Shown here: positions 39,817-52,545 of the stretch, in pieces
Numbering within the stretch: the stretch's first letter is position 1
Layout: each line of letters starts with the position of its first letter
From: Antedon mediterranea
Lineage: Eukaryota; Animalia; Echinodermata
Direction of reading: 5' to 3'
DNA length: 64,000 nucleotides
Assembly (NCBI RefSeq): GCF_964355755.1
Contig: NC_092677.1
Span: 11,926,101-11,990,100, forward strand
Notes under the pieces: generated by a model
Seen by the model: only the letters and a program-made list of their open reading frames with translations
What the model was told of the DNA's origin: nothing
Database searches by the model: none
Made by a program: the position numbers and the translations under genes

Positions 39817-42800
39817 CATGGATTAAAGAATAGAAGGATATGCATCGACGTGAGATCAAGGGTTCCTTGACTCTCGCCGACAGACTGCGGACCAAAGATA
39901 CTATAGCGCCACGAAGTGGCGCAAGATAGGGAACTCCTATCTCTTATACACTGCGCATGAGTGAAATTCCATGGGCAGCCATTCCGGCAAGCAAGTTACG
40001 CGATCACATACCCCGGAAGTGTATATAATAAACCATTGAACCACATCCACGTGTGACGTGTTATTGTTTGTTCGGGAAGTTTTCTCGTGTTGTATTGGGT
40101 AAATTGTAATGGTAAGTTTTTAGAATATATATTTTTTTGTTAGTAAACATTAACAAAATTATTAAATTGTTGTTTAAATTTAGTTCAGGCAGGCGTTTCT
40201 GCGCAATCTGATCTAGGGCCTAGATAGTAGTAGGCCTAGGCATATTTAATGCCGAATACTAGGCCTAGTTTAGTTAGTATGATTAATAAAAAAAAAGTCT
40301 GGGAGGATGAATGATATATTGATTGGCGTCTTGATAGATGGATCAAACAAGGCTTGGATGGATGGAAGATTAAGGAAAAAACTGAAGCTGTTCGGGAATT
40401 AGGAGTTTTTAATAAAAATGTACAAGACAATATAGCGTTTTATTAATAATAACATTAACAGAAATAATTAAATGTAATGAAATAAAAAATCGTGAGGATG
40501 TTATTGTTTGTTTTTTTTTTATTTAATAAATTTAAATTATAAATTTGATCCTCATATTTATTTTGTTCTTCATCTTTATTTGAAAAATATTTAGTTAATT
40601 AATGTAAACATTTTTGAATACTTACAATATTAATAAATAGTAGGCTATTGACTTTTGTTTTGAATTTAAAAATGTATAGTATTTTAAAATACTATAATAT
40701 TGTAATCAAATGATTATGTAACAGTTCGAAAAGTGACCAAATAATTTAATGATACATTTTTCCCTATTTCAGAAAGATGTCTGTCATCATACTGTAAAAT
40801 TGAGAAGATAGATGATTGAGTGCAAAGTAGTATTTTACACAAGAATTAAATACAAAGGCCAATAGTAATAATAGTTTATATTTTTGATTCTTGAAAAGGA
40901 GCAGTATCCTATGGGATTACAAATAAAATCACTATTTTCACACACCTCATACTTTAAAGTGAAAGGAAATAACCAGAATTCAGTTATTATCAGTACTGTT
41001 GTTTAGGCCTATTGGCTTCTTTTGAATACAAGAAATCAAAATAATAGAAGTTTCCTTGTATTTAAGAAGGCTAAAACCATACATTCGTAATTTATTTATT
41101 GAGTGTATTTAATTATTCCATCATTAGGCCTATTTATTAATATTGTATAAAGCGAGATTTTTCAGTATTTTTATTGCATTTTAATCCTGTCTGTAATATT
41201 GAAAGTTGAGCTAATAAAAGTGGGTTGAAAAGAACAAATTATGATTATGAATTTTTAAAATTAATATTTAATAGGCCTACTTTTACTTTTTTGAAATTAA
41301 AAAAATGTAACAATTGTTTTTGTATCTAGTAATGTATGTACAGTATACTACAGTTGTGGCAGATCGTAGTAAAATTCCCCTTGCAATGAAATAACTTTGT
41401 AGGCCTGAAGCACACAAAATAGAAAGAGAGGGTCGGAACAGGGGAAAGAACATCCCCCTGCCCATAAATTTTTTTTTTTTTTAAATTAAAAAGACAGTTT
41501 TGGACAAGATATTTGGCAATTATTACAATTCATCTCCAAAAAATGCTTCTCTCGCACATAAACTAAGCCATCATCCCAGCCTAGGCCAAAGGCGGCCGAC
41601 CTTGGGCGTGAAGTGCGTAGCATCGCGCTGCGCGCCGCGACACTATTTATAACTATGCCTCAACCGACTGCCTACAAAATTCGTCCTCCATACAGTCAGT
41701 GTTTATTCTGTAGCCGTTTGAGGTTGGACAGTGATATACGCATATGTAAGTGTAATATCAAATGGAGTAAATTTATATAATCGAATTTTATATAGATGTT
41801 CTTTCATTTTGACGCGAAAGATAAAATAAAGTCGTACTGTTTATCGCGTAGATGTAAATCCTATTTGTTTACATTGATTTGGTGGCGTGCCGCATTGCCT
41901 ACTGGGTAATCCGCTTGCCGGAATGGCTGCCCATGGAATTATCATTTTTCGAGCGTCAGTTCCATATCTTGCGCCACTACGTGGCGCTATACGATCTTTG
42001 CTGCGGACCGCCCACAATGTTACAGTTTAATTAACCGCAGGGTAACAACGAAACGGTCGCGTGCCTAATATATTGTTTACTGCACATGTGCAACGACATT
42101 TAACCTAGTTGGCTACGCTTCTTTCGCGCGTTCTTTGGTTGCATGATGTTTATGGTCAACTATTGACTATGTTGGTTTCTGCCGCGATTGATCTACGCTA
42201 ATGATTTTTTTATGATGATTAAAGTAGCATTTTATGACCTGTAGTAGCCCTACATCTGAGACAATAACTATTAGTTGTCTCATTTGTTGTAAAATTACAA
42301 AATCAGCAAGAATGCTAGCCTAGCTAGGCCTTGTACTAACTAGGCTAAACTGGGCTAGTAAACCCTATGATTTGCCGACATTGATACTGCCTAGGTAGGC
42401 CTAGGCTAATCTTAAATACTCACCGTTGTCTTACTTCTTGTGTGAATAATAATAGGTAGGCCTACTTCGTTTGTTCGTGATCAAGTTTGCCCTGCGTGTA
42501 CTTTTCAAAACGACCGCTAGGTAACGAATCGCAACTATACATAGCCAGCCAATCCCGGATCAGGGATCGCTGTTTTCATTCAATTAGGCCCGGTGATTGG
42601 ATGTGATGTGGATGACATAACCACTAGCCAATCACCAGGCACTACAGTTTAAATATAATCACATCGATAATTAAGGAGATTTATGAAGAAACCACTGCTT
42701 AGCCATATATTAAAAAACACGATTGTTGTATGTCTGAACACCGGCCACGCTAACAACATACATGGTCAAATGCAAAATTTAATATTCTATAGATTAACGC

Positions 42801-43221
42801 AATTTTTAATGACAGAAGATGGCAGGCAAATAAAGATAATTCAAATATAAAAATTGCATATTTTATTAATATTACCAACTACTTAAAATTACCAGTCGTA
42901 AGAAAGTGAACTTTTCGTAGTCCGATTGTGATGAAACTAAAACAGAATTATTCAGCAATATATGTTTGTTATCAATTAATCATCGACGCAGACATGTCAA
43001 TAGAACATTCAGACTGCGCATACGATTTCTACATGGTTACGTTTTGGTCTCAAAAAAATGTAACAGTTGATTCGCAGCGTTTTACAGAGGGCCGCGGTTA
43101 GAGACATGGAGTTCAATGAACGTGTTTGTTTGATTGGCAGCAGTGCTTTAGTATAGGCAAGCGCGTTGTAAAATCGTTTGATGTCACCGTCGATGCATAT
43201 CCTTCTATTCTTTAATCCATG
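39817..43221. mobile_element. outer non-autonomous DNA transposon, P-superfamily-like, in SLC22 intron 1
   Basis: Perfect 34-bp TIR CATGGATTAAAGAATAGAAGGATATGCATCGACG at both ends; 7-bp TSD ATGTTAG at 39810-39816 and 43222-43228. No transposase ORF. Confidence 0.85.
39893..42000. mobile_element. inner non-autonomous DNA transposon, P- or hAT-like, nested in the outer element
   Basis: ~43-bp TIR starting CAAAGAT, a 28-bp subterminal inverted repeat AATTCCATGGGCAGCCATTCCGGCAAGC, and an 8-bp TSD CTGCGGAC at 39885-39892 and 42001-42008. Confidence 0.87.
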
Positions 43222-43276
43222 ATGTTAGTATGATTTTCTCTTTTTAATTTACAGAAAAAACCCACACCAACCGAGA

Positions 43277-46200
43277 ATGGATTTTGAATCGGCTTTGGTT
43301 CAGGTTGGCGACTTTGGCTTCCAGCAAAAATTACAAGTCGGCCTGTTGTCTCTTGTGCAACTTTTACTGGTACCTCAGATGATAGGATTAGTGTTCATTG
43401 GAGCGACCCCACAGTTCACCTGTAAAAAGTCCCCAAATGTGATGAACCCATGTTCGATGAATCCACCCTGTGAAGAGTACCAATATGGTAGTCAATTTAC
43501 TTCCATTGTTTCAGAGGTTAACTATATTTGTATAATTTGTCACTTTGTCAACTTTTATCATTGTCAATAAAAGTTTTATAAGCAAGATAATATTGCTATG
43601 ATGTAGTTTAAATAGTTGATATATTGAAAGAGTGTCATATTGGCTTAATAAATTGAAATATATCACCATTCTTTGAAAAGAAGGCTGAACTAAGCCTATA
43701 TTCTACAACATTGTAAAATGTTGGGTATTTATCGAAATCATTTATATTGTGATAATATTAAATATCATTGATCATAGAAAGATAAATTTGTAACTTATTT
43801 TGCAGTGGAACCTGGTTTGTGATGAGGCAATGGCTGTGGGTCATATACAGTCATATTTTATGATAGGTGTTCTGATAGGCAATGTTGTATTTGGAGGTCT
43901 GTGTGATTCGTTTGGTCGTCGCAAAGTGTTTATATTCTGTATGCTATCCATTGCAACTGTCACATGTCTCAGTTCGTTCTTAAAATCGTACTATATGTTT
44001 TGTGTATCAAGGTAACTAATGTTTGTCAATGTACTATATAAGTTTTCCCCTTCTTCAAGTTTGTATATAGATATGTAAACCTGGCCTTCAAGACCCAACA
44101 AACTTTTTCCTTGTTGTTTTTCCCCTTCTTCATTTCACAGGAGGTCCCCTAAAGCCGATTTTCCACTAGGCGAATTTGTTCGCGCGAATCGAACGCGCCA
44201 GCTTGTACGCATGTGTATTCATGTTTACATCTTCCAAATCCTTCTCTACGCATGCGTATTAGCTGACGCCTTCGATTCGCGCGAACAAATTCGCCTAGTG
44301 GAAAATCGGCTTAAATATTGGAGTAGTTTCACTGTAGTACTATTACGGAGGCACCTTTGGAACCCAAAAAAGTCCCCAGAATTGGTATTGGTCATAGTAT
44401 TGTTTAAAAACACATTGCTCCTTGTCAGGGAGCCATGGACTAAATGTACAGAGTATTGATGGACTTTTCTTAAATTTTTTTGGTAGATTTTTAGATGGAC
44501 TTCTTTCTGGTGGTTTGATTCTGTCATCGTTTGTGCTAGGAACCGAATGCATTGCAGGAGCGTATCGTGTTATCTCAGGAACATTCTTTGCATCTATGTT
44601 TGCTGTTGGCATTATGGTAAGCATAAGGGATATTTTTGATCCGAAATACTATGGCAAGGCAATTGGGCATTAATCTAAAAATTATTTTACAGTAGATACT
44701 TCTGTAGGAGTTGGATAGCCGAGTGGTTAGGACACTTGACTGTCATACAGATAGACCCGGGTTCAATTCCCGACAAATCCCAGTCCACTCAGCTGTAAAT
44801 GAGTACCTGGTTGAAAATACTATGGAGAAAAAAGGCGGCGTGGAAAGGAACTGGCCACCCTACCACATAATGCCGAGGCTTAGTACAATGAGCTCCTAAC
44901 AGCTCCTAACAGCTCATTCCCCTACGTTCAGAGAACACGGGACTCACCTTTACCTTTACTTCTGTTGTGTAGTTTTCCAGAAAGTGTGTATAACTATAAA
45001 CCCAGTATGAGTGAGCTCTGAAGGAGTATTTTTGTTTAATAATACCTAATACTAAATCTTTTGTTTTGAATTCATCTTTAAAAAAGTATTTTACTGAGGA
45101 AATATTAAGGTCTGTCTACACTATCAAACTATTGTGATGTGCCCAAATATAGTGGTGATATGCCCAAATATGGTAGTGATATTTCATTTCATAGTAACAT
45201 TTACTTCCTTCATAATATACAAAATATAAATGATACAATACAAAAATTCATAACAAGAAGTAAGGTAGTTAAAACAATACAATTTTTGTCCATCTTTAAA
45301 ATGAATAAAACAACATTATGAAGGAGGCACAATTTCTGGAAAGCAAAAGCTTGTGTTGAAAGTGCATGAACAAAAACAAAAAGTAACAAAAATCAAATTA
45401 GTAAAAATAGTAATTATGGGCACATGTTTTTGTCACATAAAGTTTGATAGTGTAGACAGAGCTTTATACTGTGGAATCTTCCTAAGTATTACTGGCTATA
45501 ATAAAACTAAAACAAAGTTAATGAATGCACTAATAATATAAACAATTATGTATGATATTTTGAATACCTAATTAGCATATTATGATAATTAGTGAATAAT
45601 ACAAACACCAGTTCATTGTTTTTTTTATATTGATTTTTTCTATATATTACTGCTGATACTATCATTATATTATTATAGTTATTTTCGTTAGAAGCCTCTT
45701 ACATACACAGTTGGAGGAGTCTTATTTTGTACACATCGCTGCCTCTTTACATTTTTACTCTCATTACTTGGTAAGTGTTGTGTTATTTCCAATAAAGTAT
45801 ATCATCAACAACAAAAAACACTGAATCCGATTGACATTAACATCTGCAGCAAAACCCACTGAACTCTTATCATTACTCCAGAATACGGTTGAAGCAAATT
45901 ATCAACTTCTTTTTCTGCTTCTGAAATAACTGTCTTAAGAAATTCAGTCGTCATTCGTAATAAACTGCTTTTTCACTTTGAGAGAGACCACCATCACAAT
46001 GTAACGGTACCCAAACATACAGTATTATAGGTACTTTTAGGAACACATGATGATACTGCAAAACTACTACTACTACTACAGTACTTCTTCAGGATTTTTT
46101 TTACCAAGTCCAAATGTGGTAATAGGGAGGTTTCGCAATCTTACGAATACGATAACGAAAACGGATATGTCACGCACACATATTCGTTTTTCGTAAGCCA

Positions 46201-48489
46201 GTAAAAATCTGACTGGTGATATTCGTCAACAGGAATACGCTTTACGAATATGAAATGCGGATCAGCTCAAAAGTTTCTCAAATGTGTGACATATCCGTTT
46301 TCGTTATTGTATTCGTAAGGTTGCGAAACCTCCCTAATATATTGTTTCTTTTCAGTGTCATCCCAGAATCACCAAGATGGCTTTATTCTCAAGGTCATTT
46401 ATCAGAAGCCGAAGATATACTTCATGTAATCGCAAAGAGAAATGGCAAAAGAGTTAAAGTGACCTTAGAGGCAAAAAAACAGACGAATAAAAAAAAAACA
46501 AATTCAAGCTATTCAGATTTAATTCGTACACCAATTTTTAGAAAACAAGTTTTTATCCAAACATTTTCATGGTAAATATTACTTTCTTACGTTTAATATC
46601 TTTCATATAAAAAACTGCATACAGACATACATGAATAACAAAATTAATTAATTATCATATAATTCTATATCCATTTCTGACAGGTTTTCATGCAGTTTTG
46701 TTTACTATGGTTTGACAATGAGTTCTGGAAATCTTGGAAAAAATATGTACCTAAATGTTGCCCTTTCTGGCTTGTCTGAAATGCCTGGATATATACTATG
46801 CATAGCATTAATCGACAGGTAAAACATTTCTTAAAAGTGAACTTTAATGAAAAAATATACATTTTGAATGATATTATATTTGTTATTGGAAAATGACATG
46901 CACAGTTACCGGAACTACTTTTTTTCAGAGTTGGTAGAAAAAGGTTTTTCAGTGGATCCTTTCTACTAGGAGGAGCAGCATGTGTGGCCTTGTTACTTAG
47001 ACCTTTTTACTCAGGTAAATTGTAGTGCTTTAATATGTTTTAGAAAATGCCAATAATAACTATTGCAAACAAATAATACTGTTTCTTGTTATAACTGCAT
47101 GACATATAATTAATCTAAAAATATTGTACTGTAGCAGGAATAATTTGCACAATAAGGATAAAATAAATTATGGATAAAAATAGCACACTTGTGACTAGAA
47201 CAATTGCACTGAATAGTAGTTATTTTCACTAAGGTTCTGATGGTGACAGTTCATTGGTGGTTTATTTTGCAATGGCCGGTAAATTGTGCATCTCTGCTGC
47301 ATTCAACACTGCTTATATATATTCTAGTGAACTTCTACCAACTGTATTAAGGTAATTTAATATTTTATTGTACAATTAGGCACTTTTTAACTATATAAAT
47401 GGACCATATAGTATTTGGTTGCATTGTCCCAGGGGTTTTGCAGAAATCCAGGTTTGCATTGTTCCAATGGTTTTGCAGGAATCCAGAGTTGCATTGTTCC
47501 AAGGGTTTTGCAGAAATCAAGGTTTGATTTGTTCCAGGGGTTTTGCAGAAATCCAGGTTTGCATTGTTCCAAGGGTTTTGCAGGAATCCAGAGTTGCATT
47601 GTCTCAGGGGTGTTTCAGGAATCCAGGGTAGCATTGTTCCAAGGGTTTTGCAGGAATCCAGAGTTGCATTGTTCCAAGGGTTTTGCAGAAATCAAGGTTT
47701 GATTTGTTCCAGGGGTTTTGCAGAAATCCAGGTTTGCATTGTTCCAAGGGTTTTGCAGGAATCCAGAGTTGCATTGTCTCAGGGGTGTTTCAGGAATCCA
47801 GGGTAGCATTGTTCCAAGGGTTTTGCAGGAATCCAGAGTTGCATTGTTCCAAGGGTTTTGCAGGAATCCAGAGTTGCATTGTCTCAGGGGTGTTTCAGGA
47901 ATCCAGGGTTGCATTGTTCCAGGGGTTTTGCAGGAATCCAGAGTTGCATTGTCTTAGGGGTTTTGCAGGAATCCAGGGTTGCACAGGGAATGTTCTGGAT
48001 CCAAAAACACAACAACAACTGTTTTTCTTCTATTTTTGTAGAAACTCTGGTCTAGGAGTATTCTCTGCAGCTGCTCGTGTCGGTGGAATTGTAGCTCCAA
48101 TTGCCTCAACTATGGTATGAATATTAAACATTTTGTAGGGAAGGTCTCAATAAACTCAAAATCGGAATTGGTTCAAAAAGCATGAGTTTTTATTCCCAAT
48201 CTGTAATTGTTGATTTAATAAACAGTAATGTTACCAACAACATTTATAAACTCAATAATATTTTTCATTTACAATTTAGGGTTTTAACAAAACTTATTCA
48301 CTGTTTGGAGGAGCTGCTCTGATCAGTGGATTTCTGGTTCTACAACTACCAGAAACAATTGGAAAACCTTTACCAGAAACCATTGATGAAGTTGAAAATC
48401 ATTTTGATTTTGGTGAGGTTACGAAAGAATCGGTTTCAGCTATGGAAGAGAGGTTGAGCATGTATAATCAAAATAGTGATAGTGTTTAG
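43277..48489 (+). CDS. SLC22A15: SLC22 family MFS organic cation/anion transporter, SLC22A15-like, 501 aa
   Basis: Exons 43277-43516, 43806-44011, 44487-44616, 45679-45770, 46356-46571, 46684-46818, 46929-47014, 47234-47351, 48042-48114, 48280-48489 total 1506 nt, in frame. Motifs [52 protein letters not shown]. The family is certain; the A15 subtype is inferred from LVFIGATP and the short first loop. Confidence 0.88.
44153..44311. mobile_element. PIF/Harbinger-type MITE
   Basis: ~40-bp TIR AGCCGATTTTCCACTAGGCGAATTTGTTCGCGCGAATCGAA with TAA TSD. Confidence 0.85.
44706..44960 (+). mobile_element. tRNA-derived SINE
   Basis: A box TAGCCGAGTGGTT, B box GGTTCAATTCCC, central CCAGTCCACTCAGCTGTAAATGAGTACCT and an (ACCTTT)n tail. 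Confidence 0.8.
45108..45463. mobile_element. MITE family A copy interrupted by a probable LINE 3' fragment (~45182-45415)
   Basis: The two halves of the MITE are separated by an A-rich insert ending in (GAAAT)n on the minus strand. Confidence 0.6.
46124..46335. mobile_element. MITE with 3-bp TSD (Harbinger/ISL2EU-like)
   Basis: ~48-bp TIR AGGGAGGTTTCGCAA...GATATGTCAC with AAT on both sides; ends 20 nt before the SLC22 acceptor at 46356. Confidence 0.8.
47418..47985. repeat. minisatellite, 35-bp unit, about 16 copies, with a 175-bp higher-order period
   Basis: Unit GTTGCATTGTTCCAAGGGTTTTGCAGGAATCCAGA in an SLC22 intron; it produces the repetitive ORFs in the track. Confidence 0.95.
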
Positions 48490-49198
48490 CTTTGGTTCTG
48501 ACGGTGAATAGAACCAGAATTATAAATGGTACTGCTGTTTCGGTGGTTGGCACTTATTATACAATCGACTTTCCCAATACTAAACTCACTGAACACTTTC
48601 GCAGACTTTTCTCGAGGTCGAAAGTACCCAAAGGTCTGGGTTTTAAGTTGTGATTATTGCCACAATTGTTCAGGAATAATAATAGAGTATGACAATATAA
48701 TGTACTAAATGGCACACATGGTATTACCAACTTAAATAAGGGTAAATGTATATCCAACCAATTATTTATAATTATTTAATCTGTGAATAATATTACTTAT
48801 CAAGATAACACAAGTCGTCATTAGTATATACTGTATATATAATAAAAATAATGTATTTATTTCTGATTCTTTACTAATTTTACTGTGATAAAGATAGTGC
48901 CTTTCAATAGTCTTTTGAAATATTATTGAAATCTATTTCAAAACCTTTCTACAATTGTGTGAAAAAATTAATAATTTATTTAAGAATATCATATTTTTAA
49001 ATTATTTATTCATTTAATTGTTTTTTTGTATTTTATTTTTGAACTACAATAATAACTATTGCTTGTAAATAACCAATGTTTGTAAATATAAAAGATGAGA
49101 GACATTTAAAATCAAATGATTTCAACTACTTTATTGCGAATTTGTTACAACCAAATTACAATATAATATATATTATTACATGATAAATGGTATAAATT

Positions 49199-49807
49199 TC
49201 ATTGATCATTTATAAATTTGTTGGTACAGGTACCAAGAACCATCATTTCTTCGTATTTCTTCATCATAATTCGCTGGTTCACCAGCGGATGTTTGTAGGC
49301 CGCCATTACGCACGACTCAAATGGATCCGTTTCTCCACATGGTCCCAGAATGACAGAATTACGTAGATGGATAGATGTAATGTTACTTAGATCAGCCAGT
49401 CGTTTCTTGTAGACTTCGGTGCATTGGTCCGCTCCTGGATGTGCAAAGTCTATGCGATTTGTTGTTGCGTCTGGTGGAGGAAGTGCGCCTTCTGGTAAAA
49501 TCTGAAAACAAGTATGCAACATATTAAATTAAATTTAACAAATACATCAATGAACAATTATATTAGACTCTCTTTACTAAAAGCAGAGTAATTTTAGTCT
49601 TCCCTGCTAAAAGTAAAAAATCATTTGAATTTTCTATACCTGTGCTGTCGCTGGAGGAGTTGCCATTTTGGCTTTTGCAATTCTCATTTGATCTATATTT
49701 TTGCCATCCATATAATCTTTGTAATAAGAAGTAACAAGCGGGAGCTGTTCTGTCCCAAGACAAATATTGGTCCGTCGTTGTTGTTGGTTCTTTTCATTAG
49801 CATTCAT
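49199..49807 (-). CDS. uncharacterised 156-aa protein, possibly a SAXO/TEX45-like microtubule inner protein
   Basis: Exons 49807-49640 (MNANEKNQQQRRTNICLGTEQLPLVTSYYKDY...ATAQ) and 49501-49199 (ILPEGALPPPDATTNRIDF...NDQ*) joined by a phase-0 GT-AG intron. T(S/T)xxxD(Y/F) motifs resemble Mn motifs (inference). Confidence 0.65.
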
Positions 49808-49809
49808 TT

Positions 49810-50132
49810 TTTATTGGGTTTCTAACTGTTCACTAAATCCACCAAATCTACTACGCCAATAATAAGTTGATTACTTACTACTTATCACCATGGCACTATC
49901 AAGGTCTTATAAAACTCGTCACCTGGCCTACCGTTTCGATGGACGCGTTGCTTTTTGATTGGTCGAGGAACAGAAACGCAGGATGAGGAGGAACGACACG
50001 CGACGCGACTACGAAACTTTACTAAACGTTGGTGGCACACTCAATAGCAACAAGAAACTTTTTCCACGATTTTTACTTTATTATTTCCATTTGTTGGTTC
50101 ATAAATACAACTCATTTATTAGCTAATAAAAT
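49810..50132. promoter_or_regulatory. bidirectional promoter with RFX X-box-like and CCAAT motifs
   Basis: CpG-rich segment between divergent genes; ATCACCATGGCACT (49884-49897), CACTCAATAGCAAC (50038-50051), ATTGG (49958-49962). Confidence 0.5.
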
Positions 50133-50610
50133 GTAAGTCTATAATATATTTAGCACTTAATAATAAGTGCACGGTAAAATCGTACGGGCCGTCTTCAGTT
50201 CAGCAGGCAGGCCCAGCCAGCGTGATGCAGCAGGTGGTGGGCGAATGGGTGTGCGTGTGTGTTCTTTCTGCTGCAGCTTCTCAACAATAAGTATTGACAA
50301 TACCACTTTTAGTTAAGCCTAGGCCTAGATAGTTAAGCCTAGGCCTAGATACCCAAGGCCTAGTTTACTTTTTAAAAGTACAGTTTTTAATTTAACTAAG
50401 CACTGGAAGTCAAAGTAACACTTACGTACCTAAAACCCATGATGAAACACGCTAGGATTTAGGAAGTAGTAAAATAAAAAGAGATTTCATGTTTATTGTT
50501 AAATTATAAATTAATATTTTTTTCCTTTTTAACTGCTCTTCTCAAACTGTAAAACTGGTTTTTTTTCTGTACTTCTTAGAATTCACTAAATCAGAAAGCT
50601 GCAAACAACA

Positions 50611-51676
50611 ATGAACAGATCAGCTGTGAGAACCAATCAAGATGTGTCAGTACAGTATGGTACTGTAGATTTGGCAATACCACCAGGCTTTCGTAACATC
50701 CTCCAACTAATTGGTCATCAAGTTTTGAAATTCCAACAACCAGGAGAGATCACCCACTTTATTGCGGACTACCTCCAAAAACTACTAGCAATGAGGGAGA
50801 GTATGTATTCTTTCCCCAAATATGATGGGCTCACAAGGCTATTTTAAGTCCAGAGAAAAGCTTTAAACTGGTCGCATAAACCATCGTAACTAACTGGCGG
50901 CATAGTGTAGGCTTACTGTACTTACTTTAATTTAACAAACCAGATAACATTTTGAAATGCCTGGATCTTCCAAAATATAAATAAAATGTAAATGTTCTTT
51001 TGTATTAAAACAGCAACAGGCTACGACCCAGTGATACATGGCGACATGCTTGAAAGAATACAAGCATATTATTATCAGTTGTACAGCAGTGAGCTTAAAG
51101 AGGCATCACGATCTGCCACACATGCTACTACTTATGATGGTAAAAACTCTATTCTAATTAAGCAGAGTAATAAATAGCAACATATTACTCACTCATTTTA
51201 ACACATTTGAGGAAGAGGATGTTGCAGATCCCATAACTTTGAATATAGGTACCACCAACAATTATTTATTTCTATGATTTGTTTTATATATAGAAGAGGA
51301 AGTTTCAGATGAAGATGATTTTGTAGCAGAGTTTGAGGAAGATGATGCTGGAGAACTGGAGAATTTAATGGCACCACCAGAAGAGGCAGTTGCATCACCA
51401 GATAGTAAAGTAACAGAAGACGACACTGCAGTTGATAATATGGCAGTAACAGAAGACGCAGCTGCAGTTGATAATATGGCAGTAACATCCGCTGTTGGTG
51501 CAGTTGATAACGCGGAAGAAGCAGAACAAACGGCAGTAGGAGAAGACACACCAAGTGCAGTGGAAGAGCCTGTGAAAGAGAAAGAGGTTGCGAAGGAAAC
51601 ACAAGATGTGACCAGTGATGGAGAAAGAGAAGAAAAGTCTGGCAATATGGATGCAAGTTCTGAAGAAACCAAGTGA
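50611..51676 (+). CDS. RIIa dimerisation/docking-domain protein, Sp17/CABYR-like, acidic C-terminus, 232 aa
   Basis: Exons 50611-50800 (SVQYGTVDLAIPPGFRNILQLIGHQVLKFQQPGEITHFIADYLQKLL, the D/D domain), 51014-51139 (GYDPVIHG) and 51294-51676 (E/D-rich) total 699 nt. A non-coding exon 1 donor lies at 50133 and its acceptor at 50579. Confidence 0.78.
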
Positions 51677-52418
51677 CCGATGTAGAGATGGCAGATTGCT
51701 ACGACCCATGGTATTTCTACTTCTTGAAAATAGTGGGTGAATTTTTGTTTCATAGTTGCAATAATTAAGGAATGAATGTTATTTATTACAATCTGTACAT
51801 AAACCAGAGTAATCAAATAAATCTTATAATTAAAATAACCATTATCATTTAATGTTGTTTTTCATCTTCTAATAATTTAATTAGGGTATTACTGAAAGCA
51901 AGGCAATCTCTTGAGCTCATTACCATCAACGAATGTACTGCAAACATACCTCGGCAACCGTGTCATCTACTTCAAAATAGTGGGTGTGGCTGAGTTTAGC
52001 CTAATATTCTATCTTGTGCATTGTAATTATCAAAATTAGAGGGAGGGGTGTGGTGGCTGGGACCCCATTGGATATGCATATGTACCAGTTTAGTACATAC
52101 TACCTTTTCTGATAAAGTAAAGACAGTGTTTATTTATGTTCTTCACTAGATGGTTTAATACACATTGTATTGTATACACAGAGAAGGAATTGATTGTACT
52201 AATAATACTATGCTTCCTAATACCACGGAGAAATTGGTTTATTCGTGCTAACTACAGGATGCTATCTAAATTAATAATATTATATACAATGATTTCTCTA
52301 AATACTAACCATTTTTAGCTCATAATTCTGCAAAATTAATTAACCTGTTTTTACATTCATCATGATTACAAACTATTGATTTCAGTTTTGCTAAATATAA
52401 ATTAAAAAATAAATGTAA

Positions 52419-52545
52419 AGCTCTGTATACACTATCAAACTTTATGTGATGTGCCCATATATGGACATGATGATGACATACCACTACCATATTTGGGCAC
52501 ATCAAACTTTTTTTGTCAAAGTAGTTTGATAGTGTAGACAAAGCT
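52419..52545. mobile_element. MITE family A copy
   Basis: Same TIR and subrepeats. Confidence 0.75.

Noticed and set aside
47365-48055. Many overlapping repetitive ORFs
   Set aside because: Products of the 35-bp minisatellite inside an SLC22 intron.
51198-51816. Long minus-strand ORFs of 152 and 184 aa
   Set aside because: Antisense shadows of the acidic exon of the RIIa gene.
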